From assembly GCA_963700145.1 (NCBI GenBank), contig OY969474.1, positions 3,904,001-3,968,000 on the forward strand: DNA of 64,000 nt. Direction: 5' to 3'. Source of the DNA: an uncultured Acidobacteriota bacterium. GTDB taxonomy: Bacteria; Acidobacteriota; Thermoanaerobaculia; Multivoradales; UBA5704. Within the stretch, counting starts at the first letter, position 1. Each line of letters starts with the position of its first letter. Shown piece by piece: positions 51,569 through 61,077 of the stretch. Under the pieces are notes generated by a model that saw only the letters and a list, made by a program, of their open reading frames with translations, made no database searches and was not told where the DNA came from. The position numbers were made by a program, and so were the translations under genes.

Positions 51569-52414
51569 ATGCGCAAGGCGATGGCGAGCGCCACCGTCTG
51601 CCTGGTCGTCCTGGGAATCTTTTTCGTCCCGCGGTACGGCGTCGGTCAGACAATCAGGATCACCCACCGCTCCAGCAGCAAAGCGGATCAGCGCGCGCGC
51701 TTGGCGCTCAAGCTCGCCAAGCGGCTCGTCGCCGTGATGCCCAAAATCGTCCAGGACTTCCAGGCGCAGCGGCGAGACCTCCTGGGCCGCGGAGGCGGCG
51801 ACGCTTACCCGAAGGATGACCTCGCTCGGCTCCTCGACTCGACCGAAGCCTCGTTGAAGAAGCAGCTCAAGGGGGACGAGCTGGCGCCGCTGCGCGATCA
51901 CATCGCAGCGGTGTTCGAGGAGACGCGAGACGATCTCGGCCTTTCCTCCAGGGCCGCCCGCGTCCCGCCGCCCCCGCCGCAAATCGTCCTCGCCTCGATG
52001 CGGCCGGTCCGGGAGGAGTGGGCGGCTGCGGAGGAGCGGCTGGATCGCGAGGTCGTCGATCCCCGCCTCAACGTGGTTGATGCGCTCATTCAGGACCTCC
52101 GCGATCGAATGGCGAGAAAAGACCTGACGGTCGACCTCTGCGTCGCGAGCGTCCCCAAGGGGGCGAAGATCCTGCTGCGCGCGCGCAGCGGCAAGAGCCT
52201 CGAGCGGCAGAAGACGATCGCCAGGTACGAGAACCTGTTTCGCGGCCGATACTGCTACGAGGTCTCGGGCAAGGGCTTCAAGATCCGCTGCGGCACGGCG
52301 CCGGAAGACCAGATCAACATCTACGACAAGCGGCAGCCGTTCCTCGAGTGCGAGCGAAGCGACCAGGGCTGCTACCTCCGCGAGGGCTGGCCGCAGACCT
52401 GCCGTGGGCGCTGA
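51569..52414 (+). CDS. Secreted hypothetical protein with Cys-rich C-terminal domain
   Basis: AGGAGG SD, signal peptide, six C-terminal cysteines. Confidence 0.7.
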   Translation: MRKAMASATVCLVVLGIFFVPRYGVGQTIRITHRSSSKADQRARLALKLAKRLVAVMPKIVQDFQAQRRDLLGRGGGDAYPKDDLARLLDSTEASLKKQLKGDELAPLRDHIAAVFEETRDDLGLSSRAARVPPPPPQIVLASMRPVREEWAAAEERLDREVVDPRLNVVDALIQDLRDRMARKDLTVDLCVASVPKGAKILLRARSGKSLERQKTIARYENLFRGRYCYEVSGKGFKIRCGTAPEDQINIYDKRQPFLECERSDQGCYLREGWPQTCRGR

Positions 52415-52556
52415 CGCCCTATCCCGACTGTTAGAGCCGTCGGCATTTCAGGTCTAGGAGACCACCGTCGCGGACAGGAGGCCAAGACCAAGACGGTAAG
52501 CCCTGGAATGCAGCAAGCGGGTGCCCGGCACCTATTTTGAGCGGAGTACGACACGC

Positions 52557-53240
52557 ATGGCCGACATCTTCATTTCTTACGCGCGGGAGGATGTCGACGC
52601 TGCCCAACGCTTGGCGGCGTCCCTGGAGAAACGCGGATGGTCGGTGTTCTGGGACCGCCACATCATGGCTGGACGGCGGTATACCGACGTCATATCCGAG
52701 GAGCTAGCTTGTGCCAGATGCGTGATCACACTCTGGTCCAGAGCCGCGAACGACTCTGACTGGGTGCTCGACGAGGCCGAGGAAGCGCGAAAGCGCCACA
52801 TCCTAGCGCCGGCCCGGATCGAAGCCTTAGAACCGCCGATGGGATTCCGGCGCATCCACGCCGCCGACCTGCTTGGTTGGAATGGCGACGAGAAGCACGC
52901 CGGCTTTCAGCAGTTGCTCCTGGATATTGCGCATTATGTGCCAGCGCCAACTCCGCGATTCGGTGGAAAGGCTGCCGCTCTGAGCACGGAGGATGATAGA
53001 GAGCTGGGGTCTGTCCACTCGAAGCTAGCGGAGTCACCCCCCGTCCCGCGCCACAGGCCTCACCGCGGCGGGTGTCGCAATTGCTTTCTCCGCGAGGCCT
53101 GGCCGCAGATCTGCCGTGGGCTGACGGCGCTCGGCGGTTGGCTCGCCCGCGCTCTCGGCTGTGGCGCGGGCTGGGCGGCGCCGCGTTCGGGCTGGCCGTC
53201 TGGTTTGCGTTTTTCTACTTTCCCATCCTGGACCGGTTGA
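52557..53240 (+). CDS. TIR_2 domain protein, probably truncated (C-terminus is read-through)
   Basis: DIFISYARED, WSVFWDR, SDWVLDEA and PPMGFRRIHAADL. Confidence 0.8.
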   Translation: MADIFISYAREDVDAAQRLAASLEKRGWSVFWDRHIMAGRRYTDVISEELACARCVITLWSRAANDSDWVLDEAEEARKRHILAPARIEALEPPMGFRRIHAADLLGWNGDEKHAGFQQLLLDIAHYVPAPTPRFGGKAAALSTEDDRELGSVHSKLAESPPVPRHRPHRGGCRNCFLREAWPQICRGLTALGGWLARALGCGAGWAAPRSGWPSGLRFSTFPSWTG

Positions 53241-53680
53241 CGTATCTGATCCCGCTCAGCGTGCGCCCGCTGCTGAACCCCCTGACAGCGGTGCTCTTCG
53301 CGCTTGTCGGGTGGCTCTGGAGCGAGCGCCAGTCGCTCGCGCACCGTTGGCGCAGAGTGCCCCGGGTCTGGGTGTTGGCGGCGCCGGCCGGCGTGCTCCT
53401 GCTCTTCCTGTTCGAATGGGTGTTCGTGGTTCACTTCCCTTTCCAGGGTGGCCTAATGGCCTCGGAGATCATCGCCCCGCCGAGGATCGAAGGAGGCAAG
53501 TGCCCATGCACGAAGGAAGAATCGGATGTGGCCTGCCTCACGTCCCTGACCCTCGAGCCCGAGGAGCTTGCGCGCTGCTGGGACGGCTCTCGGCGCAAGC
53601 TCTACGGCGGTCTCTGGTCCCTCACCTATCTGCTCGCGCTCAGCGGTGCCCTGCTCGGCCTGCTCGTACGGCCCCGGTAA
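53140..53680 (+). pseudogene. Membrane-protein fragment lacking a clear start
   Basis: Four TM-like segments with a Cys-rich loop; the 5' end abuts a duplicated gene end. Confidence 0.45.
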
Positions 53681-53727
53681 GGTGCCCCGGCCCGAGCCTG
53701 CGGCCCGCCGGCGGCGCCGGGGCCGGC

Positions 53728-53867
53728 TTGTTCCTGAGCTACTCCTCCACGAATCCTACGAGAGCCCTCTCTCGCTCTGCCGCAAGGTCTGGGCGGACTT
53801 CACGTCGTCTTACGAGGAGGGGTTGGAGGCGCTGCTGGGCGGGCTCGGTGCCTCCTCAAGGCCCTGA
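53728..53867 (+). pseudogene. Internally deleted TIR remnant
   Basis: LFLSYSS (TIR beta-A-like) joined in another frame to PLSL.RKVWADFTSSYEEGLEALL (TIR C-terminal-like). Confidence 0.45.
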
Positions 53868-53930
53868 GCCGGGTACGTCATACTTGAAAATCCGAACCCC
53901 GCATTCGGGTTTTCAAGGTATATTCAGCCC

Positions 53931-55076
53931 GTGATCCCCCGGATTCGGGCCCTGCAGCGCATCGATGAAGCGTTCCGCGTTCACCCGGTAGCGGCGCTCC
54001 TCGGTCCCCGCCAGTGCGGGAAGACGACTCTCGCGCGCCTCCTCGTGGAGCGCGACGGTGGCACCTTCTTCGACCTGGAGAGCCCGGTCGACCGGCAGCG
54101 GCTCGCCGCCCCGCTGACCGCCCTCGAGCGCTTGCGGGGCCTCGTCGTCCTCGACGAGATCCAGCGGCGCCCGGACCTCTTCGAGCTGCTCCGGGTGCTC
54201 GTCGATCGGGTGGACAACGCGGCCCGTTTCCTGGTGCTCGGGAGCGCGTCCCCGGGACTCGTTCGCGACGTGTCGGAGACGCTTGCCGGACGGGTTGGCT
54301 TTGTCGATCTCGGCGGCCTTTCCCTGGCGGAGGTGGGTTCCGAGCACCGCGATCGGCTGTGGAGCCGAGGCGGTTTCCCGCGCAGCTTCCTCGCCGCCGA
54401 CGACCGCGCGAGCTTCGCCTGGCGGGAGGCGTTCGTGCGCACCTTCCTCGAACGGGACCTGCCGCAACTGGGGATCTCCATCCCCGCCGAGGCGCTGCGG
54501 CGCTTCTGGACCATGGTGGCCCACGCCCACGGCCAGGTGTGGAACGCGACCAGCTTGGGCCGCTCGCTCGGCGCCTCGGACCACACCGTGCGGCGATACC
54601 TGGACGTCCTGGCGGGTGCCTACGTCGTGCGCGTGCTGCCGCCCTGGTTCGAGAACCTGAAGAAGCGGCAGGTCAAGGCGCCCAAGGTCTTCGTCCGGGA
54701 CACCGGCCTGCTCCACGTCCTGCTCCAACTCCCCGACTTCGACGGGCTGGCCGGCCACCCCAAGGCCGGACAGTCCTGGGAAGGCTTCGCCGTCGAGGAG
54801 ATCCTCGGCCTGCTCGAGACGCGCGACGCATACTTCTGGGGGACTCATGCCGGCGCCGAGATCGACCTCTTCGTCATCCATCGCGGCCGGCGGCTCGGGT
54901 TCGAGATCAAGCTCGCCGACGCGCCGCGGGTCTCGCGCTCGATGCGGACGGCGATCGACGACCTGGGCTTGGATCGCTTGTACGTCGTCGTCCCGAGCGG
55001 ACCAACCTACGAGCTCGAGGAGCGGATCACGGTGACGGCGCTCGCGGCGCTCGCGAGCGATCTCGTCGCGGGTTGA
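53931..55076 (+). CDS. AAA+ ATPase with DUF4143 (AAA_14 family)
   Basis: Motifs GPRQCGKTT, VLDEIQ, LGSAS, ETLAGR, GGFP, DTGLL and EID..FEIK. Confidence 0.92.
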   Translation: MIPRIRALQRIDEAFRVHPVAALLGPRQCGKTTLARLLVERDGGTFFDLESPVDRQRLAAPLTALERLRGLVVLDEIQRRPDLFELLRVLVDRVDNAARFLVLGSASPGLVRDVSETLAGRVGFVDLGGLSLAEVGSEHRDRLWSRGGFPRSFLAADDRASFAWREAFVRTFLERDLPQLGISIPAEALRRFWTMVAHAHGQVWNATSLGRSLGASDHTVRRYLDVLAGAYVVRVLPPWFENLKKRQVKAPKVFVRDTGLLHVLLQLPDFDGLAGHPKAGQSWEGFAVEEILGLLETRDAYFWGTHAGAEIDLFVIHRGRRLGFEIKLADAPRVSRSMRTAIDDLGLDRLYVVVPSGPTYELEERITVTALAALASDLVAG

Positions 55077-55089
55077 TTCACGCCGTTCC

Positions 55090-56283
55090 CTAGGGAACGG
55101 GAAGCGCCCGGAAGCGCATCGGGTAGAGCGAGTAGATGCCGGCGCGGTCGTCCGCGCCGAGGCGGGCGCCGCGGCCGTCGCCGTGGGCGTAGGAGCGCAT
55201 CAGAGCTTCGCTCGTGGCGGCGTCGCAGGGGCCCGAGGTGCCGTCGCCGCAGGAGTGGCCGAGGCCGAGGGAGTGGCCCAGCTCGTGGCCCAGGACCTCC
55301 TCGAGCCGGGCGCTGGTCGTGAACCAGCAGCCGGCGCCGTCGTTGAGGACGACGCGCGAGCGGACGATCGGGTGGGGCTCGCCGCCCTGGGTCGAGAAGA
55401 CGATCTTGGTGATCGCGAGGATGCCGGCGCCCACCCCCGGCGAGCTGCAGGTGAAGGAGCCTTCGGCGGTCACGTCGCCCGGATCGTCGAAGTCCACGCG
55501 GTTGCCGTCGCGCCACTCGCCGCCGGCCGTCCTGCCGTCGTAGCGGTAGCGGATGTTGGTCGCCCGGTCCTGGTTCCACGCCGCCAGCGCCCGGCGCAGC
55601 TCGGCGAAGCCGCCGCCGGGGAAGCCGACGAGCCCGCCCTGCTCCGCCCGCCAGCCGACGCTCCCCTGGAGGTCGAACTCGAACCAGCGCTTGCGGAGCT
55701 GGCCGGCATAGGTGAACCGCTCGCCGATTGCTTGAAGGGCCGGCGCGGGGAGCGCGACGAGGTAGTCCGGCGCGCGCCGCAGGCCGGCGGCGTGGTCGGC
55801 GAGCCAGCGGGAGAAGCGGGCGAAGTCGCGTGCCGGCGCCGCGTCCGCGAAGCCGGGCACCGCCAGGCGGCGTCCGGCGGCCGCGACCTCGTGAAAGGCG
55901 CCGAGCGCCAGGTGCAGCGGCCGGTACGAGCCGTCGGCTCGCCGCCGCAGGAAGAGCAGCACGCGCTCGCCCTCGCCGAGCCGCGGCGCTCCCCAGACGA
56001 CCTCCGCCGTGCCGTCCCCCCGCTCGCCCCCGGGGACGCGGACGGCGATGCGGCCCCAGGCGCGTCCCTTGAACGCGCGTTCGACCCGCACGGTGTGCTC
56101 GGTGAGGAGAGAGCCGCCCGGCCCGTCGATCGTCCGGCGGGCCTCGACGGTCCCGGCGACGATCACCTCGGCCTGATCGGCGAGCTGGCCGTCCGGGACC
56201 GGGACGTAGGTCGTCGCGGCGGCGGGGAGGGCCGCGAGGACGAGGAACGTCGCCGAAGCGGCAAGGCCACGCACAGCGTTCAC
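55090..56283 (-). CDS. Secreted matrixin-like zinc metalloprotease
   Basis: HELGHSLGLGHS, Met-turn ALM, signal peptide; GTGA overlap with the upstream stop. Confidence 0.88.
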   Translation of the reverse strand: MNAVRGLAASATFLVLAALPAAATTYVPVPDGQLADQAEVIVAGTVEARRTIDGPGGSLLTEHTVRVERAFKGRAWGRIAVRVPGGERGDGTAEVVWGAPRLGEGERVLLFLRRRADGSYRPLHLALGAFHEVAAAGRRLAVPGFADAAPARDFARFSRWLADHAAGLRRAPDYLVALPAPALQAIGERFTYAGQLRKRWFEFDLQGSVGWRAEQGGLVGFPGGGFAELRRALAAWNQDRATNIRYRYDGRTAGGEWRDGNRVDFDDPGDVTAEGSFTCSSPGVGAGILAITKIVFSTQGGEPHPIVRSRVVLNDGAGCWFTTSARLEEVLGHELGHSLGLGHSCGDGTSGPCDAATSEALMRSYAHGDGRGARLGADDRAGIYSLYPMRFRALPVP

Positions 56284-58091
56284 TCCCAAGGCTGCGTCGC
56301 CAGCCGGGGCGGCGCGAGGACGCGGAAAACGGGGTAGAGGCCGAGCGTCGGGTCCCAGGAGGGGTGCCTGCGGTACCACCAGGTGAAGCGGGCGCCGGGG
56401 TCCTTGGCGAAGACCTCGTCGCGCAGCGCCGCCTCCCAGGCGGCGGCCACCTCGGGGTCGCGGAGCCGCTCCTCGGCCCAGGCCTCGAGCACTCGCGGCT
56501 CGATGTACTCCTTGCGCTCGAAGACGCTCGACAGCACCCCCCAGGCGACCAGTGAGTCGAGGGCGTCCGGCTCGAGGAGCTGCACGGCGACCTCGAAGTC
56601 CGGCTGGTCGGCCGGCACCCAGAGCGCGCCGGCCGGCACCTGCCGCTGCTCCTTCGCCCGCTCGGTGGTGAACTGGACGGCTGTCCGCCCCTGGTAGGTG
56701 AAGTCGGCGAAGTCCGCCCCCGAGAGGCGCGCGACTTCGGCCTCCAGCTCGGCCGGCACCGTCAGCGTCTCCACCCGCAGGCCGTGGCCGCGCAGCCGCT
56801 CCTCGATCGCCGGCCAGCCGGGGAGGACGAGGTAGCCGCGCGGCCGCGGCAGCGCCAGCGCGACCTTCGACTTGTGCGTCCACGGCACCTCGATCTCGCG
56901 CACCTTGCCGCTCTCGAAGCGCAGCACCGGCTCGCCGGTGACCTTCGACGGCGCGACCGACCAGGCGTAGACCGGGAAGCGGACCGGCGCGCTCTCCTCG
57001 CTCTCCTCGAAGCGCACGACGACCTCCGAGGGCGCGGCGTCCGGACGCCCGAGCGCCACCGTCCGCGCCTCCGCCTCGTCGACCGCCCGCACCAGCGCCG
57101 CCGGATCCTTGCCGATCTCGGCCAGCAGCGCGAGCAGGAAGCCGCGCGTCGCCAGCACGCGGTCGCGGTAGGGCTTGTAGGAGAGGGTCTCGACCAGGAT
57201 CGACGGCCGGTTGCGCAGCGGGAAGTAGGCGCTCGAGAAGCGCGGCGGCCCCGTCCAGGAGCTGAAGCCCTTCGTCGGGTCGAGCTCGTCGCGCAGGTCG
57301 ACGTAGGGGCCGTTCGGGTGGCCGGCCGCCGCCGTCGCCGCGCGCACCGCCGGCATGTGCGCGGCGAGCCAGGCGTCCACCGGCGCCGGCGCCTGCGGCG
57401 CCTCGGCCCACGACAGGCCGATCACCCAGGCGTGGTCGGAGCCGTCGGTGACGTGGTTGTCGACGTGGATGTGCGGCCGCCAGGTGTTGACCAGGCCCAT
57501 CAGCGCCCGCGCCTCGAGGCTGTCGAGCTTCAGGTGGTCGCGGTTCAAATCCAGGCCGGCGGCCGTGGTGCGGAAGCCCATCTCGCGCGGCCCGTTCTGG
57601 TTGGGGCGGTTGTGGGGCGAGGTCCGCTCGTGGCCGTCGGGGTTGTAGATCGGCGCGAAGAGGACGGTCGCCTCGTCCAGCCCCGGGAAGCTTCGGCCGA
57701 GGGCCAGGTCGCGGAGGATCAGGAGGGTGGCGTCCTTGCCGTCGATCTCGCCGGCGTGGATGCCGCTCTGGACGAGGACGATGGGCTTCCCGAGCCGCCG
57801 CGCCGCCTCCGGCGTGAAGGCCCCGTCGGCGGAGAGGACGACGAGCGGCAGCGGCCGCCCGGCGGCCGAGGTGCCGAAGCTGGAGAGGCGCATCCGCCCC
57901 GGCAGCGCCCGCTCGAGCCGGCGGAGGAAGTCGAGGGTCTCGTCGTAGGTCGGCGTCGAGACGAAGCCCGAGGCCTCGACCTCGGTCTGCCACTCCGCGG
58001 GCACCGCGCCGTTCGGCGCGGCGGAAGCGGAGGGTACGGGCACGGCGGAGAGGACGAGGAGGACGGTGAAGCGGGAGCGGCTCGGGCGCAT
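56280..58091 (-). CDS. M14 family zinc carboxypeptidase
   Basis: Motifs IHAGEIDG, NPDG, DLNRD and DNHVTDG. Confidence 0.9.
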   Translation of the reverse strand: MRPSRSRFTVLLVLSAVPVPSASAAPNGAVPAEWQTEVEASGFVSTPTYDETLDFLRRLERALPGRMRLSSFGTSAAGRPLPLVVLSADGAFTPEAARRLGKPIVLVQSGIHAGEIDGKDATLLILRDLALGRSFPGLDEATVLFAPIYNPDGHERTSPHNRPNQNGPREMGFRTTAAGLDLNRDHLKLDSLEARALMGLVNTWRPHIHVDNHVTDGSDHAWVIGLSWAEAPQAPAPVDAWLAAHMPAVRAATAAAGHPNGPYVDLRDELDPTKGFSSWTGPPRFSSAYFPLRNRPSILVETLSYKPYRDRVLATRGFLLALLAEIGKDPAALVRAVDEAEARTVALGRPDAAPSEVVVRFEESEESAPVRFPVYAWSVAPSKVTGEPVLRFESGKVREIEVPWTHKSKVALALPRPRGYLVLPGWPAIEERLRGHGLRVETLTVPAELEAEVARLSGADFADFTYQGRTAVQFTTERAKEQRQVPAGALWVPADQPDFEVAVQLLEPDALDSLVAWGVLSSVFERKEYIEPRVLEAWAEERLRDPEVAAAWEAALRDEVFAKDPGARFTWWYRRHPSWDPTLGLYPVFRVLAPPRLATQPWE

Positions 58092-58272
58092 GGGTCGAGA
58101 TAATACCGGCCGCTGACAGCGGTGGCGGAACGTAGGAGGGGGGTCCACCGCCGCCAGCGGCCGGGTTTCAATCCAGGCCACGAGCAACGTCAGGATGTCG
58201 CCGCGGCGAACCCCGGGCAATGAGGGGAACCCCTCAGGAACGCGGGGGGTTTTCCCTCAGGTGGTGGTTTTT

Positions 58273-58977
58273 CTAAAAATTGATGTAGTCGAGCTCGGGG
58301 CGGGCCAGGGGGGCGGGGCCGGCGGTGCGCAGCCCGGGCTGGTTCCAGTGCAGCGAGACCCAGGAGGCGAAGACCGCCCAGAACATCTCGACCCGCGCGC
58401 GCGAGCCGGGGGCGAGGCCGCGCTTCTTCTCCTTGACCAGGTGCTTGAGGCCGTGGAGGACCGTCGTCGCCAGCCGCGCGCCGAGCTGGCGCGCCGCCCA
58501 GTTGAGACCCGTCTCGATGGCGAAGCCGGTCAGGTGGTCCTCGGGGACCGCCTCGAAGATCTCGCGCCGCAGGCAGCGGATGCCGGACAGTAGCGGCCCG
58601 AAGCTGCGCTGCCAGGCGTTGAGGAGGCGCCCCCTGTGACGCACGCCGACGTTCATGCCGGCCTGCCCGGAGGCTACCGGGCGGATCAGCTCGGCGAGCA
58701 TCTCCTCGGAGAGGTTCAGGATGTCGCCGTCGACGAAGACCAGCAGCGGCGCGTCGGTGTGCGCCACCCCCACCGCCATCGCCGTCCCCTTGCCGCGGTT
58801 CTCGCGCATCCGGATGACCTTGACCCCCTCGGCGCGGGCGATCTCGACGGTCGAGTCGGTCGAGCCGTCGGAGACGACGATCACTTCCTGGATCAGGGGG
58901 GTGGACTTGAGGACACCGATGACGGCCGCCAGCGTTTCCTGCTCGTTGTACGCGGGAACCACCGCCGCCACTCGCAA
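58273..58977 (-). CDS. Glycosyltransferase family 2
   Basis: Motifs VPAYNE, VVSDGSTD, NRGKG and FVDGD. Confidence 0.92.
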   Translation of the reverse strand: MRVAAVVPAYNEQETLAAVIGVLKSTPLIQEVIVVSDGSTDSTVEIARAEGVKVIRMRENRGKGTAMAVGVAHTDAPLLVFVDGDILNLSEEMLAELIRPVASGQAGMNVGVRHRGRLLNAWQRSFGPLLSGIRCLRREIFEAVPEDHLTGFAIETGLNWAARQLGARLATTVLHGLKHLVKEKKRGLAPGSRARVEMFWAVFASWVSLHWNQPGLRTAGPAPLARPELDYINF

Positions 58978-58995
58978 GGGGCGCCTATCCTATCG

Positions 58996-59853
58996 CTATC
59001 CGATAGCCGCCGGGCCGCCGGCCCAGGCCGGGGGCGGTGGCACCCGTCCGGCCGCGGGGAGGAGCTCGCCGCGGGCGAGGAGGCGGGCGTCGCCGGTCAG
59101 GGTCCAGCGGCCGTCCCGGGCGTCCACTTCCAGGGGGAACCCGCCGGCGGTGAGGACGGTGAGCGGCGTCTCGACCGCGCCAAGCGCCAGCCCGGTCGCC
59201 GCGCCGGCGAGGACGCCGGTGCCGCAGGAGAGGGTCTCGGCCTCGACGCCGCGCTCCCAGGTGCGGATCTCCATCCGCCGCCCGCCGCCGCTCGCCGGGA
59301 AATGGACGAAGTTGACGTTGGCGCCGGCGGGGGCGAAGGCGGGGTGGTGGCGGAGGGCCGGGCCCAGAGTGGCGACCGGCGCCTCGGCCAGCCCGTCGGG
59401 CAGGACCAGCACGAAGTGCGGCACGCCGACCTTGACCGCCCAGCCGCGCCGGCGCCCGCCGGCGGCCTCGACCTCCAGCTCGCGCGGCGCCTCCGGCGGG
59501 GCGGGCAGCTCGACGGCGATCCGCTCGTCGCCGGCGGCGCGGCCGGCGAAGGCGCCGGCAGGGGTCTCGATCGTGACGCGGTCGGCCGCCCAGCCGAGGT
59601 GGAGGGCGAGGCGGACGGCGCAGCGGGTGCCGTTCAAGCAGAGATCGGCGGGGAGGCCGTCGGCGTTGAAGTAGTCCATGGCGACGGCGGCGTCGCCGCG
59701 GCGGCGGAGGACGAAGAGGCCGTCGGCGCCGAGCGAGACGCCGCGCCGGCACCAGGCGCGGATCTCCGCGGCGGTGGGCTCCGCGGGCGGCTCGGCGAGG
59801 GCGAGGAAGTCGTTGCCGCTGCCGGAGACTTTGAAGTAGGGAATCACTGCCAT
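58996..59853 (-). CDS. dapF: Diaminopimelate epimerase
   Basis: Motifs GSGNDF, GADG, NADG..CLNG, GVPH, NVNF and ERGVEAETLSCGTG. Confidence 0.93.
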   Translation of the reverse strand: MAVIPYFKVSGSGNDFLALAEPPAEPTAAEIRAWCRRGVSLGADGLFVLRRRGDAAVAMDYFNADGLPADLCLNGTRCAVRLALHLGWAADRVTIETPAGAFAGRAAGDERIAVELPAPPEAPRELEVEAAGGRRRGWAVKVGVPHFVLVLPDGLAEAPVATLGPALRHHPAFAPAGANVNFVHFPASGGGRRMEIRTWERGVEAETLSCGTGVLAGAATGLALGAVETPLTVLTAGGFPLEVDARDGRWTLTGDARLLARGELLPAAGRVPPPPAWAGGPAAIG

Positions 59854-59858
59854 GCCCT

Positions 59859-59946
59859 TGTCATCCCGAGCGGAGCGAGGGATCTGGGCGGGGGTTCCGA
59901 TCGGCGCCGGCCCGCCCCCAGATTCCTCGCTTCGCTCGGAATGACA
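59859..59946. repeat. REP-like palindromic element, full copy
   Basis: TGTCATCCCGAGCGGAGCGAGGGATCTGGG...CCCAGATTCCTCGCTTCGCTCGGAATGACA. Confidence 0.9.
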
Positions 59947-59961
59947 TCGCGGTACGTCTGC

Positions 59962-61077
59962 TCACGGCACTGTCGCCTGCGTCTCGGGCCCGGCCTCGCT
60001 CTCGTTGCCCTGTTGGTCGACGGCGGTGACGCGGTAGGTGTAGGCGCGGCCGGCGGCGACGTCGGTGTCGCTGTACTCAAGGGCGGCGAGCGGCTCGGCG
60101 GTGAGCTTGCGCCAGGCGCCGGCGCCTTCGCGGCGGTAGACCAGGTAGCCCGCGAGGTCGGCGGCGGGGCTGGAGCGCCAGACGAGGCGCACCCGGCCGC
60201 TCTCGGCGAGCGCCACGAGGTCGGCCGGCGGCGGCGGCGCGAAGCGGTCGAGGTAGCGCACCTCGCGCTCGGCCTGGACGGCGCTCTCGACGAGCGGCGC
60301 GGTGCGCCCGACGCTGGTGACGGCGTAGATGTAGCTGGCGCCGAAGGCGGCGGTGGTGTCGAGGTGGCGGGTGGCGGTGGGCGGCAGGGTCGCCAGCGGC
60401 TGGCGGCCGTCGCGCGCCGTCGCCTCGCGGCGGTAGACGTTGAACCCCTTGACCGCCTCGCCGCCGTGCGACGGCGGCCGCCAGGTGATCTCGATCCCCT
60501 CGGCGGTCGGCGTGACGTTCAGCTCCTCCGGCGCCGGCGGCGGCGCCTGGGTCACCAGGATCGCCTGGTTGGAGATCGCCGAGCGGTCCCCCTCGGGCCC
60601 GACGGTGCGGACGACGTAGTGGTGCGCCACCGGCCCCTCGGCCGGCACCGGCGGCGCCGGCAGGCGGAGGAGCAAGCGGTCGCCGGCGGCGGCGGAGGCC
60701 AGCTCGGGCCCTTCGAGGCGGAGGAGGAGCTTGGCGGCGGCCTCGAGCTGCCGCGGGTCGAGCGGCGGCGGCTCTCCCTCGCGCGGCGCCGGGCGCACCG
60801 CGTCCCAGACCTCGAGGGCGCTGAGGCCGCCGAGCAGGACGCCCGCCGGCGTCGTCTGCGGGTAGCCGAGCTCGAAGAGGAGCTGCGGGCCGCGCTGCAC
60901 GACCGTCAGGTCCTGCGTCGGCGCCGGCACCATGCGCAGCGGCGGCGCCGGCGGGCCCTCCTTGCCGCAGGCGGTGAGGGTGAGCAAGAGGCAAGCGACA
61001 ACCGCTGTCGCGCCACCCTGCCCCCAGATCCCTCGCTCACGCTCGGGATGACAATGGTGGCCGTTCGTGCGCTTCAA
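59962..61077 (-). CDS. Lipoprotein with fibronectin type III domains (start TTG overlapping the hslU stop is inferred)
   Basis: Lipobox [24 protein letters not shown] and YRVTAVD..GNES. Confidence 0.8.
   Translation of the reverse strand: MKRTNGHHCHPERERGIWGQGGATAVVACLLLTLTACGKEGPPAPPLRMVPAPTQDLTVVQRGPQLLFELGYPQTTPAGVLLGGLSALEVWDAVRPAPREGEPPPLDPRQLEAAAKLLLRLEGPELASAAAGDRLLLRLPAPPVPAEGPVAHHYVVRTVGPEGDRSAISNQAILVTQAPPPAPEELNVTPTAEGIEITWRPPSHGGEAVKGFNVYRREATARDGRQPLATLPPTATRHLDTTAAFGASYIYAVTSVGRTAPLVESAVQAEREVRYLDRFAPPPPADLVALAESGRVRLVWRSSPAADLAGYLVYRREGAGAWRKLTAEPLAALEYSDTDVAAGRAYTYRVTAVDQQGNESEAGPETQATVP
61021..61053. repeat. REP-like palindromic element, half copy within the lipoprotein 5' region
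   Basis: CCCCCAGATCCCTCGCTCACGCTCGGGATGACA. Confidence 0.85.
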
